A stretch of 64,000 nt of DNA from Phaeosaccion multiseriatum (lineage: Eukaryota; Protista; Ochrophyta, other classes), in NCBI GenBank assembly GCA_965112735.1, contig OZ218958.1:1426001-1490000 (forward strand), in the 5' to 3' direction. The stretch's first letter is position 1; each line of letters begins with the position of its first letter. A model generated the notes under the pieces. It had not been told where the DNA came from. It worked only from the letters and a program-made list of their open reading frames with translations, and made no database searches. The position numbers and the translations under genes are program-made. Positions 10,298-22,273 of this stretch are shown here, piece after piece.

Positions 10298-12202
10298 CCA
10301 CCACCAGTTGGTGATCCAGAAGCAGGGGACAGTCACCATGCAGGCACATCTGCACGAGGTCGGAGTCGCGCTTCCCGGTCTGGTACCGGCACTCGCCCCC
10401 CCTGCCCATGACACGGGCCTGGTACAGCTGGAAGCCGCCAAGGCATTGGCTTCGTTCCCATGGCAGGCCCCACCCTCCATTTGCCATCCCAACGACCCTG
10501 TGGCGGCTGCGGTGTTGTACGAGATGGCAAGCAGGGCCGAGTCAGGTGGGCACGCGGCGCTCTGTGCAGAGTTGGGCAGGACCATTGACGAGTACGGCTG
10601 TGTGAGGCCCCCGGCCAAGCGGAGAGGGCTCGGCGCGGAGGTCATGGCATTACTCAAGAGCCTCTCCAAGGGGGCTGCGCGGGGAGCAGGTATGGAGCAG
10701 TAGGAGCAGAGACTGGAGGAGGAGCAGGAGGAGCAGGAGGAGGAGCAGGAGGAGGAGCAGAGCAGGAGGGGCATTGCAAGGGAGGCTTCGTCGAAGATTA
10801 GCAAGACGCTGCACTGCCAGAGGCCTATTCTTCCTCCCACTCCATCCCGCGTAGGACAGGCTCGTTGATGACGTGGCACCTACCAACTGCCCGCCCCTGT
10901 CCTCCCCCCCCCCTCCTCTCCTTCCTTCCTTCCTTCCTTCCTTCCTTCCTTCTTTGCACGCCTACAGGTTCCTCCGCCCTCTCCGCCCGAGGAGGAGATG
11001 CGATTTGCCACGAGAACATGGGCCTACTGCAGCTGGCGCTGGCCGCTATGGAAGCTTATCAGAGGACTGCGAGTCAGCTGGGCAGCCGCTGGGAGGAGCT
11101 AAGGGGTGCAGAGCGAGTTCAGAGGATGAGCCTCCGAGAGGGAGGGGCGTCGGTCTCCGAGTTGTTGCTTCAAGTCACGGAGATGCTGGCCGGGGGGCTG
11201 CCTCCCAAGGACGGCGTGCTGCTGGCACTGCACGCCTGCGCACTGAGCGGTGGGGCGAGCAGTGGGGAGGACAGTCATCGTCATCATCGTAGCCAACAGA
11301 ATGGCGACGACGATGATGACGACTTTGCCATGGCTGTGGGGCATCTGCAGGCCCAGCTCGTAGAGTCCGTCATGTCATGTGAGAGCGCTGCCCATCTCGG
11401 GCAATTGCGTTGTCTGCCTCCAGACGTGATACCCTTACTTGTCGAGAGCAACAGGGCTAGTGGCAGCAGTGGAGACGGAGGAGGAGGAGGAGGAGGAGGA
11501 GGAGGAGGAGGGGGCGGGGGCCAACAGGACGAGCACGGGCGGCGCCAACTGAGGGCTGAGGTGGAGGACCACCTCCTCAGGGGGCTGCGGATGCAGGAGG
11601 TGTTGCACTCTGCGCTCCGCTCGGATACCTTTGCAAAGCTTCAAAGAGCACCCACCACCTCATCCTCCTCCTCATCCCTGGACCAGCTGCGGCAGCAGAC
11701 TACGCTGCTGGGGAGGCTGGCTCGCCTTCTCTTCGACCCCGCTGCTGCTGCTGCTGCGGACGGATCGAGTGCGGCGTTTGTCCCAGAGCTGCGTGCCGCC
11801 GAGACGCTGAGCGTGTCCTCTGTGGGCCTTGGCTTGCTCTCCTCAGGCCTCAAGGCTCTCACCTTTGGAGGCGGTGGCATCCAGGCGAGGAGCAGGGGCG
11901 CCACGGCTGGTGTGAAAGCCAGCCAGGTGCTCGGTGGAACCGCAGCAGCAGCAGCAGCAGCAGGAGGAGGAGGAGGAGGAGGAGGAGGAGGTCGCACAGA
12001 CCCTCTCCTGAGTCCCTTGGTGCTATTCGTGGTGGGCGGCGTGACTTGTCAGGAGCTCAGGGAGGTGCGGGAGGTGGTTGCTGCGCTGGCTCCGAGTCGG
12101 CAGGTGCTTTTGGGAGGGACCACGCTCGCCTCGCCTGAGTTTGTCTTGGAGCAAGTCTTTTCGTGCGGAGAGGCTGGGGCTGGGGCTCGCCCTCAGCAGT
12201 GA
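9045..12202 (+). CDS. SCFD2: Sec1/Munc18-family protein, SCFD2/MIP3-like (exons 9045-10689, 10968-12202)
   Basis: LLLDDASAEALRWAGG, AAVVLVDRTLDMASP and C-terminal LVLFVVGGVTCQELREV...VLLGGTTLASP; a phase-1 GT-AG intron joins the two ORF-track frames. Confidence 0.8.
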
Positions 12203-12417
12203 TGCAATAAGCAGAGATGGATGGGGATGAGAATATATTACACCCTTAAGTGCCATCTATGGTTGTCTAAAGAGATGGATGGGCCCGCGACGAAGGGAAT
12301 GGGGTGACAAACAAAAAATTGTTGAAGCCCGGTTTTTCTGTGATTTGGTTTATGGTATGTCCAACACGCGTGGATGACCTTTGCCCCCACTCTCCACTTC
12401 CCTCAACCAGCACGACC

Positions 12418-14319
12418 ATGGAGCTTCGAGCCTATCAGCGTAGGGTGATCGACGCGGTCGAGTCCACCAACGCCATTGTCAAGATGCCTACGGGCTCGGG
12501 CAAGACAATCGTGGCCGCCGTCTTGATCCAACGAAAGCTCGAGTCGTCATCAGACACGCGCCGCATTCTCTTCTTGGTGCCCACGCGCGAGCTTGTGAGT
12601 CAGCAGGCGGCGGTGGTTTCAAAGTGGTGTGAGAAAGTGGAGATTGCTCAGTACTATGGAGGCCTCAGGCCCCCATCAGCTCAGCATCGTGTCATCGTCT
12701 CTACTCCCGCAGCATTTCGCATGCTCCAAGCAAACGATTCGCCAGGCTTTTCGTGGGGCACCTTCTCGCTGGTCATCTATGACGAGGTCCATCACGTGCT
12801 GAAGGACCACCCCTACCGCCATATTGCCAAAGGGCTCTTGAACTGGCACGGGCGTAGCGGTGAGTCGGAGCAGAAGGTTCAGACGCTGGGGCTGTCCGCC
12901 TCTCTCACCTACGACGTGAAAGACGCCAAGATTCGAGCCACCTTGGATCGTCTTTGCAGAGAACTGGCCATCGGCACTATGATCTCTCCATCAGTGGAAG
13001 AGCTGCAAGCGGGCGGATACGTTCCTCAGCACGGCAAGAACGTGGAGGTTCTCTCGTCCACTCGTGATGTACCGGAGGGAGTCTTGCCAGAAGAGTCGCG
13101 CTTACCGCACTTGCTGCATGCTTCGTTTATGAAACGTATCCAAAACGGTACGGCGACGGAGTTTGCTCTCGATGTCATGAAGGTGGTGGAGCTACTGGAA
13201 GGAGAAGGGACAGCCCTGGTGCCCAGCTTCCACTCCCCGCTCAGCAAGGCAAAGCTGTCCAGCTGGGAAGACGCTGCGCATAAGCTCGCAACAAGCTCAG
13301 ACCGCGCTACCAGCGCTGTTCAGCAGAGAGAGCTCTTTGCCGTGTTGGAGAGCTGGTACGTTGCCCTCCGTGTGCTGGTGCAGACTTGGGAAGAGGAGGT
13401 CCAAACTGTGTTGCAGTGGTTGAAGATGACAGAGGCCGTGACTCGGCTGCCTCCTTCACTCCAGCAACAGGCGAGTGTGCAGCGCGTCACCGCCCGCATG
13501 GAGAACGAGCACAACCTCAGCAAGCTGGGAGAGCTCCATGGACAGATTGTTGCCAAGAAGGCCCTCTACGGCGCCGATTTCCAGTGCCTTGTCTTCGTCC
13601 AGCAGCGCTTCACCGCAATGGTTCTGTCGCACTTCTTGAACGAATGCGACAGCAGCTTGCAGGCTGGCTTCGTCGCCTCACGCAACTCGAGTGTGACACC
13701 CAGCATCAAAGTCACTCCCTCCAATGTGCAAAGCACCATCAGCGCATTTCGGGCTGGAGACAGCTCGGTTCTCGTGGCCACATCGGTAGTGGAGGAAGGC
13801 TTTGACGTGCCAGAGGCCAACGTTGTCATCCTCTACGATCATATGAAGGACAGCGTGGAGCTATGCCAGCGGTTTGGCCGCGCCCGGGCCACCCATTGCT
13901 CTATTGTAGTCATGGAGGAGCGCAGCGACAGGCCGCTGTCCTTCCTCGAGACTGTGCGAGAAGGGCAAGACCGGCTGGTGCAAAGCTACAATGCGTCTGC
14001 CCTCGGAGCTGTCGATCCGGCGGTGGAGAAGAAGAAGCTAAAGGACCGTGAGCGATCGGCTTTCCGGGTGCTGGCGGACACTGTCAAGTGCCGACGCTCG
14101 CCCCTCTTGGTGCTCAACGAGTACGTCAAGAAGACGCGGGCCTTGCTGGCAGAGAGCACGGCTGTGTGCGCAACTCGTGGTGGGTGGGTTTGTCGACTGA
14201 CCTACTCCACTGCGCTTCGCGAATTGGTGGTGAGTGCATCGATGGACACAAAGAAAGCTGCAAAGCTATCTTGTTGCCAGCAACTCCTGTCGCAGCTCCG
14301 GGACCAAACTCGACCGTAG
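12418..14319 (+). CDS. Stand-alone Dicer/RIG-I-like DExH helicase with C-terminal dsRBD/DUF283-like domain; intronless, 633 aa
   Basis: ELRAYQ (Q motif), MPTGSGKT (I), FLVPTRELVSQQ (Ia), VSTP (Ib), YDEVHH..KDHPY (II), LGLSAS (III), LVFVQQRFTA (IV), VLVATSVVEEGFDVPEANVVI (V), QRFGRAR (VI); tail SPLLVLNEYVKK...WVCRLTY...TKKAAKLSCCQQLL then stop. Confidence 0.9.
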   Translation: MELRAYQRRVIDAVESTNAIVKMPTGSGKTIVAAVLIQRKLESSSDTRRILFLVPTRELVSQQAAVVSKWCEKVEIAQYYGGLRPPSAQHRVIVSTPAAFRMLQANDSPGFSWGTFSLVIYDEVHHVLKDHPYRHIAKGLLNWHGRSGESEQKVQTLGLSASLTYDVKDAKIRATLDRLCRELAIGTMISPSVEELQAGGYVPQHGKNVEVLSSTRDVPEGVLPEESRLPHLLHASFMKRIQNGTATEFALDVMKVVELLEGEGTALVPSFHSPLSKAKLSSWEDAAHKLATSSDRATSAVQQRELFAVLESWYVALRVLVQTWEEEVQTVLQWLKMTEAVTRLPPSLQQQASVQRVTARMENEHNLSKLGELHGQIVAKKALYGADFQCLVFVQQRFTAMVLSHFLNECDSSLQAGFVASRNSSVTPSIKVTPSNVQSTISAFRAGDSSVLVATSVVEEGFDVPEANVVILYDHMKDSVELCQRFGRARATHCSIVVMEERSDRPLSFLETVREGQDRLVQSYNASALGAVDPAVEKKKLKDRERSAFRVLADTVKCRRSPLLVLNEYVKKTRALLAESTAVCATRGGWVCRLTYSTALRELVVSASMDTKKAAKLSCCQQLLSQLRDQTRP

Positions 14320-14773
14320 CGGGTGGACTCCGTCGCTCTGTACAAAAAATTACATTCGTGTACATGACAGTTTTGCCGTCGGTGTAAAAAATAACCACAG
14401 GAGGAGGGGTCTTTGGGGCTCTTTTCCTTTTTTTATTTATTTAATTAATTAATTAACTTGAAAATAGCATTTCGATTGGACGGAGCCAACCCACTGTCTC
14501 CTTCCACACACACCGTCAAGCGTCAAAAATGAGTGCCCTTGGCGCGCTATCGGTACTGAGGGTGAGGCAGCCAAAGCCCACGATACACAACCGATCCCTC
14601 CTGTGGCGTAGCAGTGAGTGCTGTCACCATCTGCCCTCCATCTGCCCTCCATCTGCCATCTATATCTGTGCACTGTCGTCGTGTGCCCTTCGATGCTCAA
14701 GAGGGGTGGGGACAAGCAAGGAGAAATGACGGTATCCACTGCTCCTCCTCTCCTCCCCCTCCTCCTCCCCTTG

Positions 14774-15699
14774 TCATCGCATGCCGAGGCCGTAGGAGTT
14801 CATTGCCGAGGCGAGCTTTACGTCCTAGAGCGCACACAAAGAGGAGGGGGGGTAGGTAGGTAGGTGGACGGCCAAGCGGTAGGGACGTGGGTATGGGACG
14901 GACGCTTTGTGGATATGAAATAGAGCACTTCTTCATCAGCCTCTCGTCGTCCTCTTGTGCTCACGTTCCGTAAAAACACGTTTGTGACAGGCCAGCTAAC
15001 ACTGCTTCCACCCAAGGGTTTGTAGTCGTTACCTTCTTGGAAAGTCCTTGCACGTCATGCGTTGTGAGAGTGACATCAACTCGATTGTACACGTTCGACC
15101 ACTCCGGGTGGTGGTCCATCTGTCCATCACAAAAGCGGGGCCTCAGGACGTTAGGAAGCAAGCAAAGCACGAAGTACAATCTCTAGTTCCTTGCTCACGT
15201 ATCACACACATGCCCCCTCTGACACACACACACACACCTTTTCGGCAACCAGGGCCGTCCTACTCATGAAGGCCCACGCTTCGCTAAAGTCAACGAACTC
15301 GAACGTCTTCTTGATCGCATCCTTGTCCTCCAGCTGCAGCAGCGCCAGAGGCACACCACGGAGAAAAATGAGAGACCAGGGAGATGAAAAAAGGAAGTCA
15401 AGTTCAGCGTCTCAGCCATACCCCCGTCTCAGCCTCACCTCTTTCCACCCCGACTTGGCCAGTTCAGCGAGGGCCTGCTCCCGTTCGTCCTTATTCAACA
15501 CGTACGTAGCCAAGCCCCTTCTTCCCAACCCTGCTGCCCTCGGTCCCCCTCCCACACCAGCAGGCACGCCGACTCTCCGTTGGTTGCCGCTTCCAACACA
15601 GCTGGAAAGAAATCGAGGAATAGTAGACCCGGGAGCGATAGAGGCCAACGGACGAGGCAGCGCCCTGCACCTTCGACACACCCGCAGAAGAGACGCCAT
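14774..15699 (-). CDS. PCBD: Pterin-4-alpha-carbinolamine dehydratase with probable organellar presequence (exons 15699-15439, 15333-15238, 15119-15033, 14824-14774)
   Basis: Spliced: ...[14 protein letters not shown]|[32 protein letters not shown]|[29 protein letters not shown]|[16 protein letters not shown]; HHPEW and THD motifs; all junctions GT-AG, phase 0. Confidence 0.93.
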
Positions 15700-16027
15700 T
15701 CCTGTGGCGGTGGTTGAAGCAGCGCGTTTTTTATGTCGAAGCCAGTGTGTTGTGCTGTTGGTGCTCCACCTGAACTCACAGCTGCGGCAAACGTGTGTAT
15801 GGTACGATCGAGGGGAATAGGGAACGAGTTTAATACAATTACACAGAGCAAAGAGTGGTTGCTTTATGGATGGTAGAGTGGTATTTAGAAGACGAAGCCG
15901 TAGCTCGTCGAGGTTTGTAGACTGTGAGGGAGAGAGAGTGCTTTTTGCAGAGCGGAGGCCGGGAATGAGGGAGAGACTTCATCAAAGGACACCAGTCCTG
16001 CCCGCATTGTTCCAATACTAGCGGAAA

Positions 16028-17335
16028 ATGCTGCCTCGAAGTGGCCAGCGTGTCGCAGCAGCGATACGGCAAGCGTCCCTTCGCGCGGCGGCTCAGCATC
16101 ATCAGGTCCAGCGAAGGACTTTGGCGATAGCCTCCTCTTCGCTTAACTCCTATAGCCGCTTCAAGCCCCAACCACAGAAGAGAGATGGCGCCAGTAGTGT
16201 ATTTGACAGCAGCGAGGTCAGCGGCAGTAACGGCAGGTTAGTAGGGGAGTGTTTGACGCTGACACGGGAGCTTTTCTGGCTTGGCCTTTCTCTTCGTTCC
16301 CATCTCCACCCGCACTCACTCACCCTCTTCACGTCACTGCCTCTCACGACCGGCACCACTATTGCTACTGTCATACCGCAGCAGAATTAGAAGGCGTTAC
16401 AGTAGTAGCGGAGCGAGAACCTTCTGCTCTTCTGCTCCTCGAACGGCACACAGTGGGCCAGGTGGGGCCCTGCCGCAAGCTGCAATGCCAGCGGCAGCAA
16501 AAGCAGCAGCAGCAGCAGGAGGAGGAGGAGGAGGAGGAGGGGGGAAAGGAGGAGGAAAGAGCTCCAAGAGGTCTACTCCGTCCCGCCCAAGTGTGATGCT
16601 CGACAACACGCGCCTGTTCGACGGACTAGGACTCACCACCTTCACGGATGAGGACATAGGCCGGGCCTTCGATAGGCACGACACGAACGGCGATGGCACT
16701 CTACAGGTATGCTTTTGGACAGCGATGATGCCCGTCATACTGTACGTTATCTGTTTGTCTCACTCAGCCTCCTGTCTCTGTTCTCCATGTCTTCCATCGC
16801 ACTCTGTGGCCTTGTTGCCCATGCGTGTTCTCTAATTCCATCTCCAGAGGAAAGAGGTGGAGGCGCTTTTCATCAAAATTTGCCGCAACTACCCACAGCA
16901 AGACGTCAACGACAATGACGATGAGGAGAGGGGGAGGGAAGGAGGGGCGCAAACAGGGTCGGGAGCAGATTGCTGCCGGGCTTGCACCGAGGCTACCGTG
17001 GCGTCGCAAGTGACTGAGTTTATGCGCAAGTGGGAAGCAGAGCAGACCTCCCCCGGGGGGCAACTGGTGGTGACGAAGGAAGCGTTTGTGAAGAATATGC
17101 GCTTGATGGCCGAGACCCTGGACAGTAGAGTCTACCCCCTGGCCGCGAGCATGCTGTGGGTCGGTGTGAGTGTGGGAATCATCATTCCGGTGAGGAAGGG
17201 AGGGAGGGCGGGAAGGAGGGAGGGAGGGTATTGAGCCTTTGCGTGCATGCATATACGTATGTATGTATGACGTGTTTGTTTGTGCATCTGCGAAGGTGCC
17301 TCCATTCGTACTCTTTCTCTCCGTACACCTTCCAT

Positions 17336-17370
<35 letters not shown>

Positions 17371-19625
17371 TGTCCTCTCCCCTACCCCCTCTCTTTCCCC
17401 CTCCTCTCCCCCTCCCCCACACCCCCCCGTCTCTCTCTAAACCAAAGGTGATGCCTCAAATCGTGCAGTCCCTCGGCATAAGCACGAGTGACTTTGGCCT
17501 CGTCATCAGCGCCTTCGGCCTCTCCAAGCTCCTCGGCAATATCCCCAGTGCCATTGCCGTCGATCGCATGGGCCGAAAGCCCTTCTTGTCGTACCCGTTG
17601 CTGCTCATGGCCGTGGGCACGTCAGCCATGGGCCTGGCTGGAGGGGTCAATGACCTCATAGCGTGCCGACTGCTCACGGTAAGTCGCACTCTCTCTCTCT
17701 CTCTCTTATCTCCCTCTCCCTCTCCCTCTCTTGATTGCTTGCTTGCTCTCTCTCTCTCTCTCTTTGAGCTCTTCCGTCCACCCTGTTCTGCCGACATTTT
17801 TGATCGTTGGCGTGTGGAGGACCAGGGACGGGACTCACTCACGGGCACAGGATCGAATTGACGTGTTTGAATTGGGAGAGGAGCCTACACCCCGTGTCCT
17901 CCACAACACCACACACACACACAAACACTTTCTCTGTCTCTCCTGCCACCACCGAAGCGTTGGAATCTCGAAGTGCATGTACACCCCATGGTGTACTGTA
18001 GTACCCAGTCGAGTAGAGAGATGGTGTGCTGTAGTACCCAGTCGAGTAGAGAGGGGAGATGTGCTGTAGTACCCAGTCGAGTAGAGAGGGGAGATGTGCT
18101 GTAGTACCCAGTCGAGTAGAGAGGGGAGATGTGCTGTAGTACCCAGTCGAGTAGAGAGGGGAGATGTGCTGTAGTACCCAGTCGAGTAGAGAGGGGAGAT
18201 GTGCTGTAGTACCCAGTCGAGTAGAGAGGGGAGACGGAGGAGGTGCATGTACACATCATGGTGCTGTAATGCCCAGTCGAGTCGAGAAGCCGTCCCTCCG
18301 CCCCCCCCCTCTCTCTCTGAGTCACCAGCCCAACGGAGGTCAAGCGGACGTTCACCCTCTCCACCACTACCTTCTTCTTCTTCTTCTTCTTCTTCTTCCT
18401 CCTCCTCCTCCTCCTCCTCCTCCTCCTCCTCCTCCTCCTCCTCCTCATTCCTCCTTCTCCACCTACCGTTCCTTCCCTTTCTCCTCCTCCTCTTCCTCCT
18501 CCTCCTCCTCGTCCTCCTCCTCCTCCTCTTCCTTTCACAGGGCTTTGGAGTGGCGGGCTTCTCTACAGCAGCAATGATGATGATCAGCGACATTTCCACT
18601 CCCCTCAATAGAACACGCACTACAGCTCCGGTCATGGCGTCTTTCAGGTGAGTAAATGAGGGAGTGAGTGCGTGGGTGAGTAAGTGAGTGGGTAAGTGAG
18701 TAAGTGAGGATGTGAGTGCGTGAGTGAGTGCGCGCGTGACTGACTGACTGAGTGAGTGAGTGGGTGAGTGGGTGAGGGAGGGTGTGAGTGAGTTAGTGGG
18801 TGAATGAGTGAGTGAGTGAGTGAGTGAGTGAGCGAGTGAGTGGGTGAGTGAGTAATGAGTGAGTGAGTAGTGAGTGGGTGAGTGAGTGAGTGAGTGAGTG
18901 AGTGAGTACGTGCCGTGCGAATCTTTAATGTACCATATCTATGCCTCTTCGTTTCCCTTCCCTCCCTCCCTCCCTCCCTCCCTCCGTCCGTCCGTCCCTC
19001 AAGTGCCGGGGCGGCTTTGGGCCCTGCCTTGGGAGGCATCCTCTCCAGCTACGTAGGGGTGCAGCCCACCTTCGCAGCGGTGGGAGTGATGTTTGCCCTC
19101 CTTGCGGGAGTCAACTATTTTAAGATGACGGAGACTCTCGTCCTGCCGGCAGCAAGGGGCGCTGTGGGAGGAGGAGGAGGAGGAGGAGGAGGAGGAGGGT
19201 CGTCACCATCTTCTGGGCAAAGCGGGTTGTGGAGCACACTTAAAATGACGAAGCAGCAGTGGGCACCGCTGCTCCGGAACGAGAAGCTGCAGGGCATCTA
19301 CGGCTTGAACGGGGCGTATTGGTTAGCCATGGCGGGCTCACAGATGACGTTGCTGCCCATGGTCCTCGTGTCACCTCAGGTCAGTCAGTCAGTTGGTCAG
19401 TCAGTTAGTTCAGCAGGCTCACTTGGGCTTTAGCTTCACCTGCACTACCGTTACACAACCGTTACACAACCGTTACACAACGTGTCATCCCCCCCCTCCT
19501 CCTCCTCCTCCTCCTCCCCTCTCCCTCGACACAAGAGCCGAGAGCTTTGGTCATCGGTGGCGGTGCTCTCCACTCACCCTATGCCCCTCCCTTCCCTTCC
19601 CCGCCCCGCTCCGCCCCTCCTTGAA

Positions 19626-19684
<59 letters not shown>

Positions 19685-20397
19685 TGTGTGTATTTTGTGC
19701 GACCGTGCTCGTCAGTTCGGGCTCACTCCGGCGTCCCTGGGGGTCGTCTTTGGAGGCATGTCTGTTGTCTCGGTGCTTGGCGCTCAGCCCATGGTACGTA
19801 AGGGATTACGTATTGCGCTTTAATGGGAGTACAGGGGACTGCAGAGACCTTGATCGTGGGACTATGTTGTGGAGAGCTTCGCTTCTTTCTCTCCCCCCTC
19901 CTCCCCCTCCTCTGTTCCCCTCCCCTCCTCCCTTCCTCCCCTCCTCCCTCTCCTCACCTCCTCCCCTCCCCTCCCCTCCCTTCCCTCGTCCCCTCCCCCC
20001 CCCCTTCCCCTCCCCTCCCTCTCCCGTCCCTCTCCTCCTCCCCCGCCCTGCCACACACCCCCCACACCACAGGCTGCCGTGGCTGACAGGTTCGGCAAGG
20101 GCCCCTCCATCCTCATTGGCTGTGGCACAGTGAGCTCCGCCATGCTCCTCCTCCCCATGGCCACCCAATTGAACGAATTGGCAGCAGTGGTGGGACTGTG
20201 GGCCCTCGGCTCCACCACATTAGGCAGCGCACCGGGTGAGTGGAGTGGAGTGGAGTGGAGTGGAGTGGAGTGGAGTGGAGTGGAGTGGAGTGGAGTGGAG
20301 TGGACCTCACCCTCACCCTCACCCTCATCCTCACCCTCATCCTCACCCTCACCCTCACCCTCACCCTCATCCTCACCCTCACCCTCACCCTCATCCT

Positions 20398-20442
<45 letters not shown>

Positions 20443-21841
20443 ACCCTGCCCCTGCCCCTGGCCAGTTGCCCACGTGGTGGACATTGCACCAGTGCAGAGC
20501 CGGGCACAGGGAATGGCTCTGCTTAGGACTTTGGGAGACGTGGGTCTCTGTTTGGGGGCCACAGTGGCAGGTACGATTGGAAGCCATGGATGTGTGCCTC
20601 CTTCTCTCATTCTCTCTGATGTCTCTATCCGTCTCTCTCAATCTGTTTTTCTCTAGCGATCTCTGTGTGTGTCTGTGTGTCTGTCTGTCTCTCTCCTCCT
20701 CCTCCTCCTCCTCCTCCTCCTCCTCCTCCTCTCTCTCCCTGTCTCTCTCTTCCACCCACCCACCCACCCACCCACCTACCCCCTCCCGACATGACCTCCA
20801 TCCCCCAACCCCCGAAGTTCCTCCTGCACCCCCCCTCTCTCTCGTCTCCACCCCCCTACCTCTCTTCTTCTCCTCTCCCCTGTGTATCATCAGAAAGAAT
20901 AAAAGTGCCAACCATCCCTCTCCCCTTCTTTGCCCCCTCGTCCTCTCCTGCCGTACTGTCGGTGGTTGGGTCGTCGTCATCGTCGTTGTCCTCCTCCTCC
21001 TCCTCCTCCTCCTCCTCCTCCTCCTCCTCCTCCTCCTCCTCCTCCTCCTCCTCCTCCTCCTCCTCCTCCTCCTCCTCCTCCTCCTCCTCCTACTCCTCCT
21101 CCTCTTCCTCCTACTCCTCCTCCTCCTCCTCCTCCTCCTCCTCCTCCTCCTCCTCCTCATCCTCCTCCTCCCCCTCTTCCTCCTCCTCCTCCTCCTCCTC
21201 CTCCTCCTCCTCCTCCTCCTCCTTCTCCTCCTCCTCTTCCTCCTCTTCCTCCTCTTCCTCCTCCTCCTCATCCTCCTCCTCCTCCTCCTCCTTCTCCTCC
21301 TCCTCCTCCTCCTCCTCCTCCTCCTCCTCCTCCTCCTCCCCTCCTCCTCCTCCTCCTCCTCCTCCTCCCCCTCCTCCTCCTCCTCCTCCTCCTCCCCCTC
21401 CTTCCTCCTCCTCCTCCTCCTCCTCCTCCTCCTCCTCCTCCTCTTCCTCCTCCTCCTCCTCCTCCTCCTCCTCCCCCTCCCTCCTCCTCCTCCTCCGGCG
21501 GGTGGGGTTCAACAGGCGCCGTCGCTGATGTGAGCTCTTTAGGCACCGCGATGCAGCTCAACGCCGGTGTGTTGCTCGGCGTCACTGCCTGGTTTGCAAG
21601 CAAAGAGGGCCTCCTGCCTTTTGCTCGCAAAGCAGCCTCTGACGCAGTCGCTACCACAACTAGTGCTTCGGCTGCTACCCCGGCAGCGGTCGACAGTGAC
21701 CGTCCTGGGGGTGGTGCTGGCACAGGTACTGCTGCTCCTGCTGCTGTTACTGCCAGTGCTGCTGCTGCTGCCCCAACAGCGGCAGGGCAAGTACGCCATG
21801 CAGGCACAAGTCCCGCCCCGCGCCCCACCAAAGATGTTTAA
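16028..21841 (+). CDS. MFS transporter (DHA1-like) with N-terminal EF-hand and Arg/Ser-rich presequence; about 10 exons
   Basis: EF loop DTNGDGTLQ|RKE across intron 16707-16847; motif A AVDRMGRKP and its repeat VADRFGKGP; motif B CRLLT|GFG; motif C GAALGPALGG; RAQGMALLRTLGDVG. Confidence 0.85.
17992..18287. repeat. Intronic 35-bp minisatellite (GTGCTGTAGTACCCAGTCGAGTAGAGAGGGGAGAT) x6 with degenerate flanking copies
   Basis: Units at 18026, 18061, 18096, 18131, 18166, 18201; no spacers. Confidence 0.95.
20990..21495. repeat. Long intronic (CCT)n microsatellite
   Basis: About 500 bp of CCT repeats with point variants, in the last MFS intron. Confidence 0.95.
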
Positions 21842-22273
21842 ATGACTGTTACTAATCGAAACGAACAACATCGAACGTGCTCATCGCTTTATTATTTCTT
21901 GTTACATTCTTCTGTCTTCCCCCCCCCTCCTGTCCACATGTATCCTATACATTCATTTTTTTTCATTTTCGCAATTGCTTTGTGCCGTGGGACAATTGTA
22001 AAAAATCTTATATATCATATCAACAACAACACTGCTTCACTGCATGCATGAAACATCCAACCATCTCTCTCCTCTCCTCACGCCTTCTTTCTATATACAC
22101 CATTTGCTTTAGTTCCGAAGAGGACGCCAACAAGACAGGCTGCAAGTCTTCTTGTACTTCAACCCCCCCCCCCCCCTTGCCCTCCCAGCAGTCCCTTCTC
22201 CTCTTTAGAGAGGGGCCGCTGCTGGTGGAGCCAAGTGAGAGCGAATCAAATCGCTTTGGCGGTCGGACTGAGT

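Noticed and set aside
1-14319. Crypton, tRNA and helicase as one mobile or defence island
   Set aside because: They are separated by ordinary host genes (coiled-coil ORF, SCFD2-like) and I see no shared boundaries or repeats.
17992-18287. 35-bp repeats as a CRISPR array
   Set aside because: Units are head-to-tail with no spacers, lie inside a spliceosomal intron, and no cas genes are present.
19862-21533. Long poly-R/L/S/P/E ORFs
   Set aside because: Readings of intronic (CCT)n and (CTCACC)n repeats in the MFS gene.
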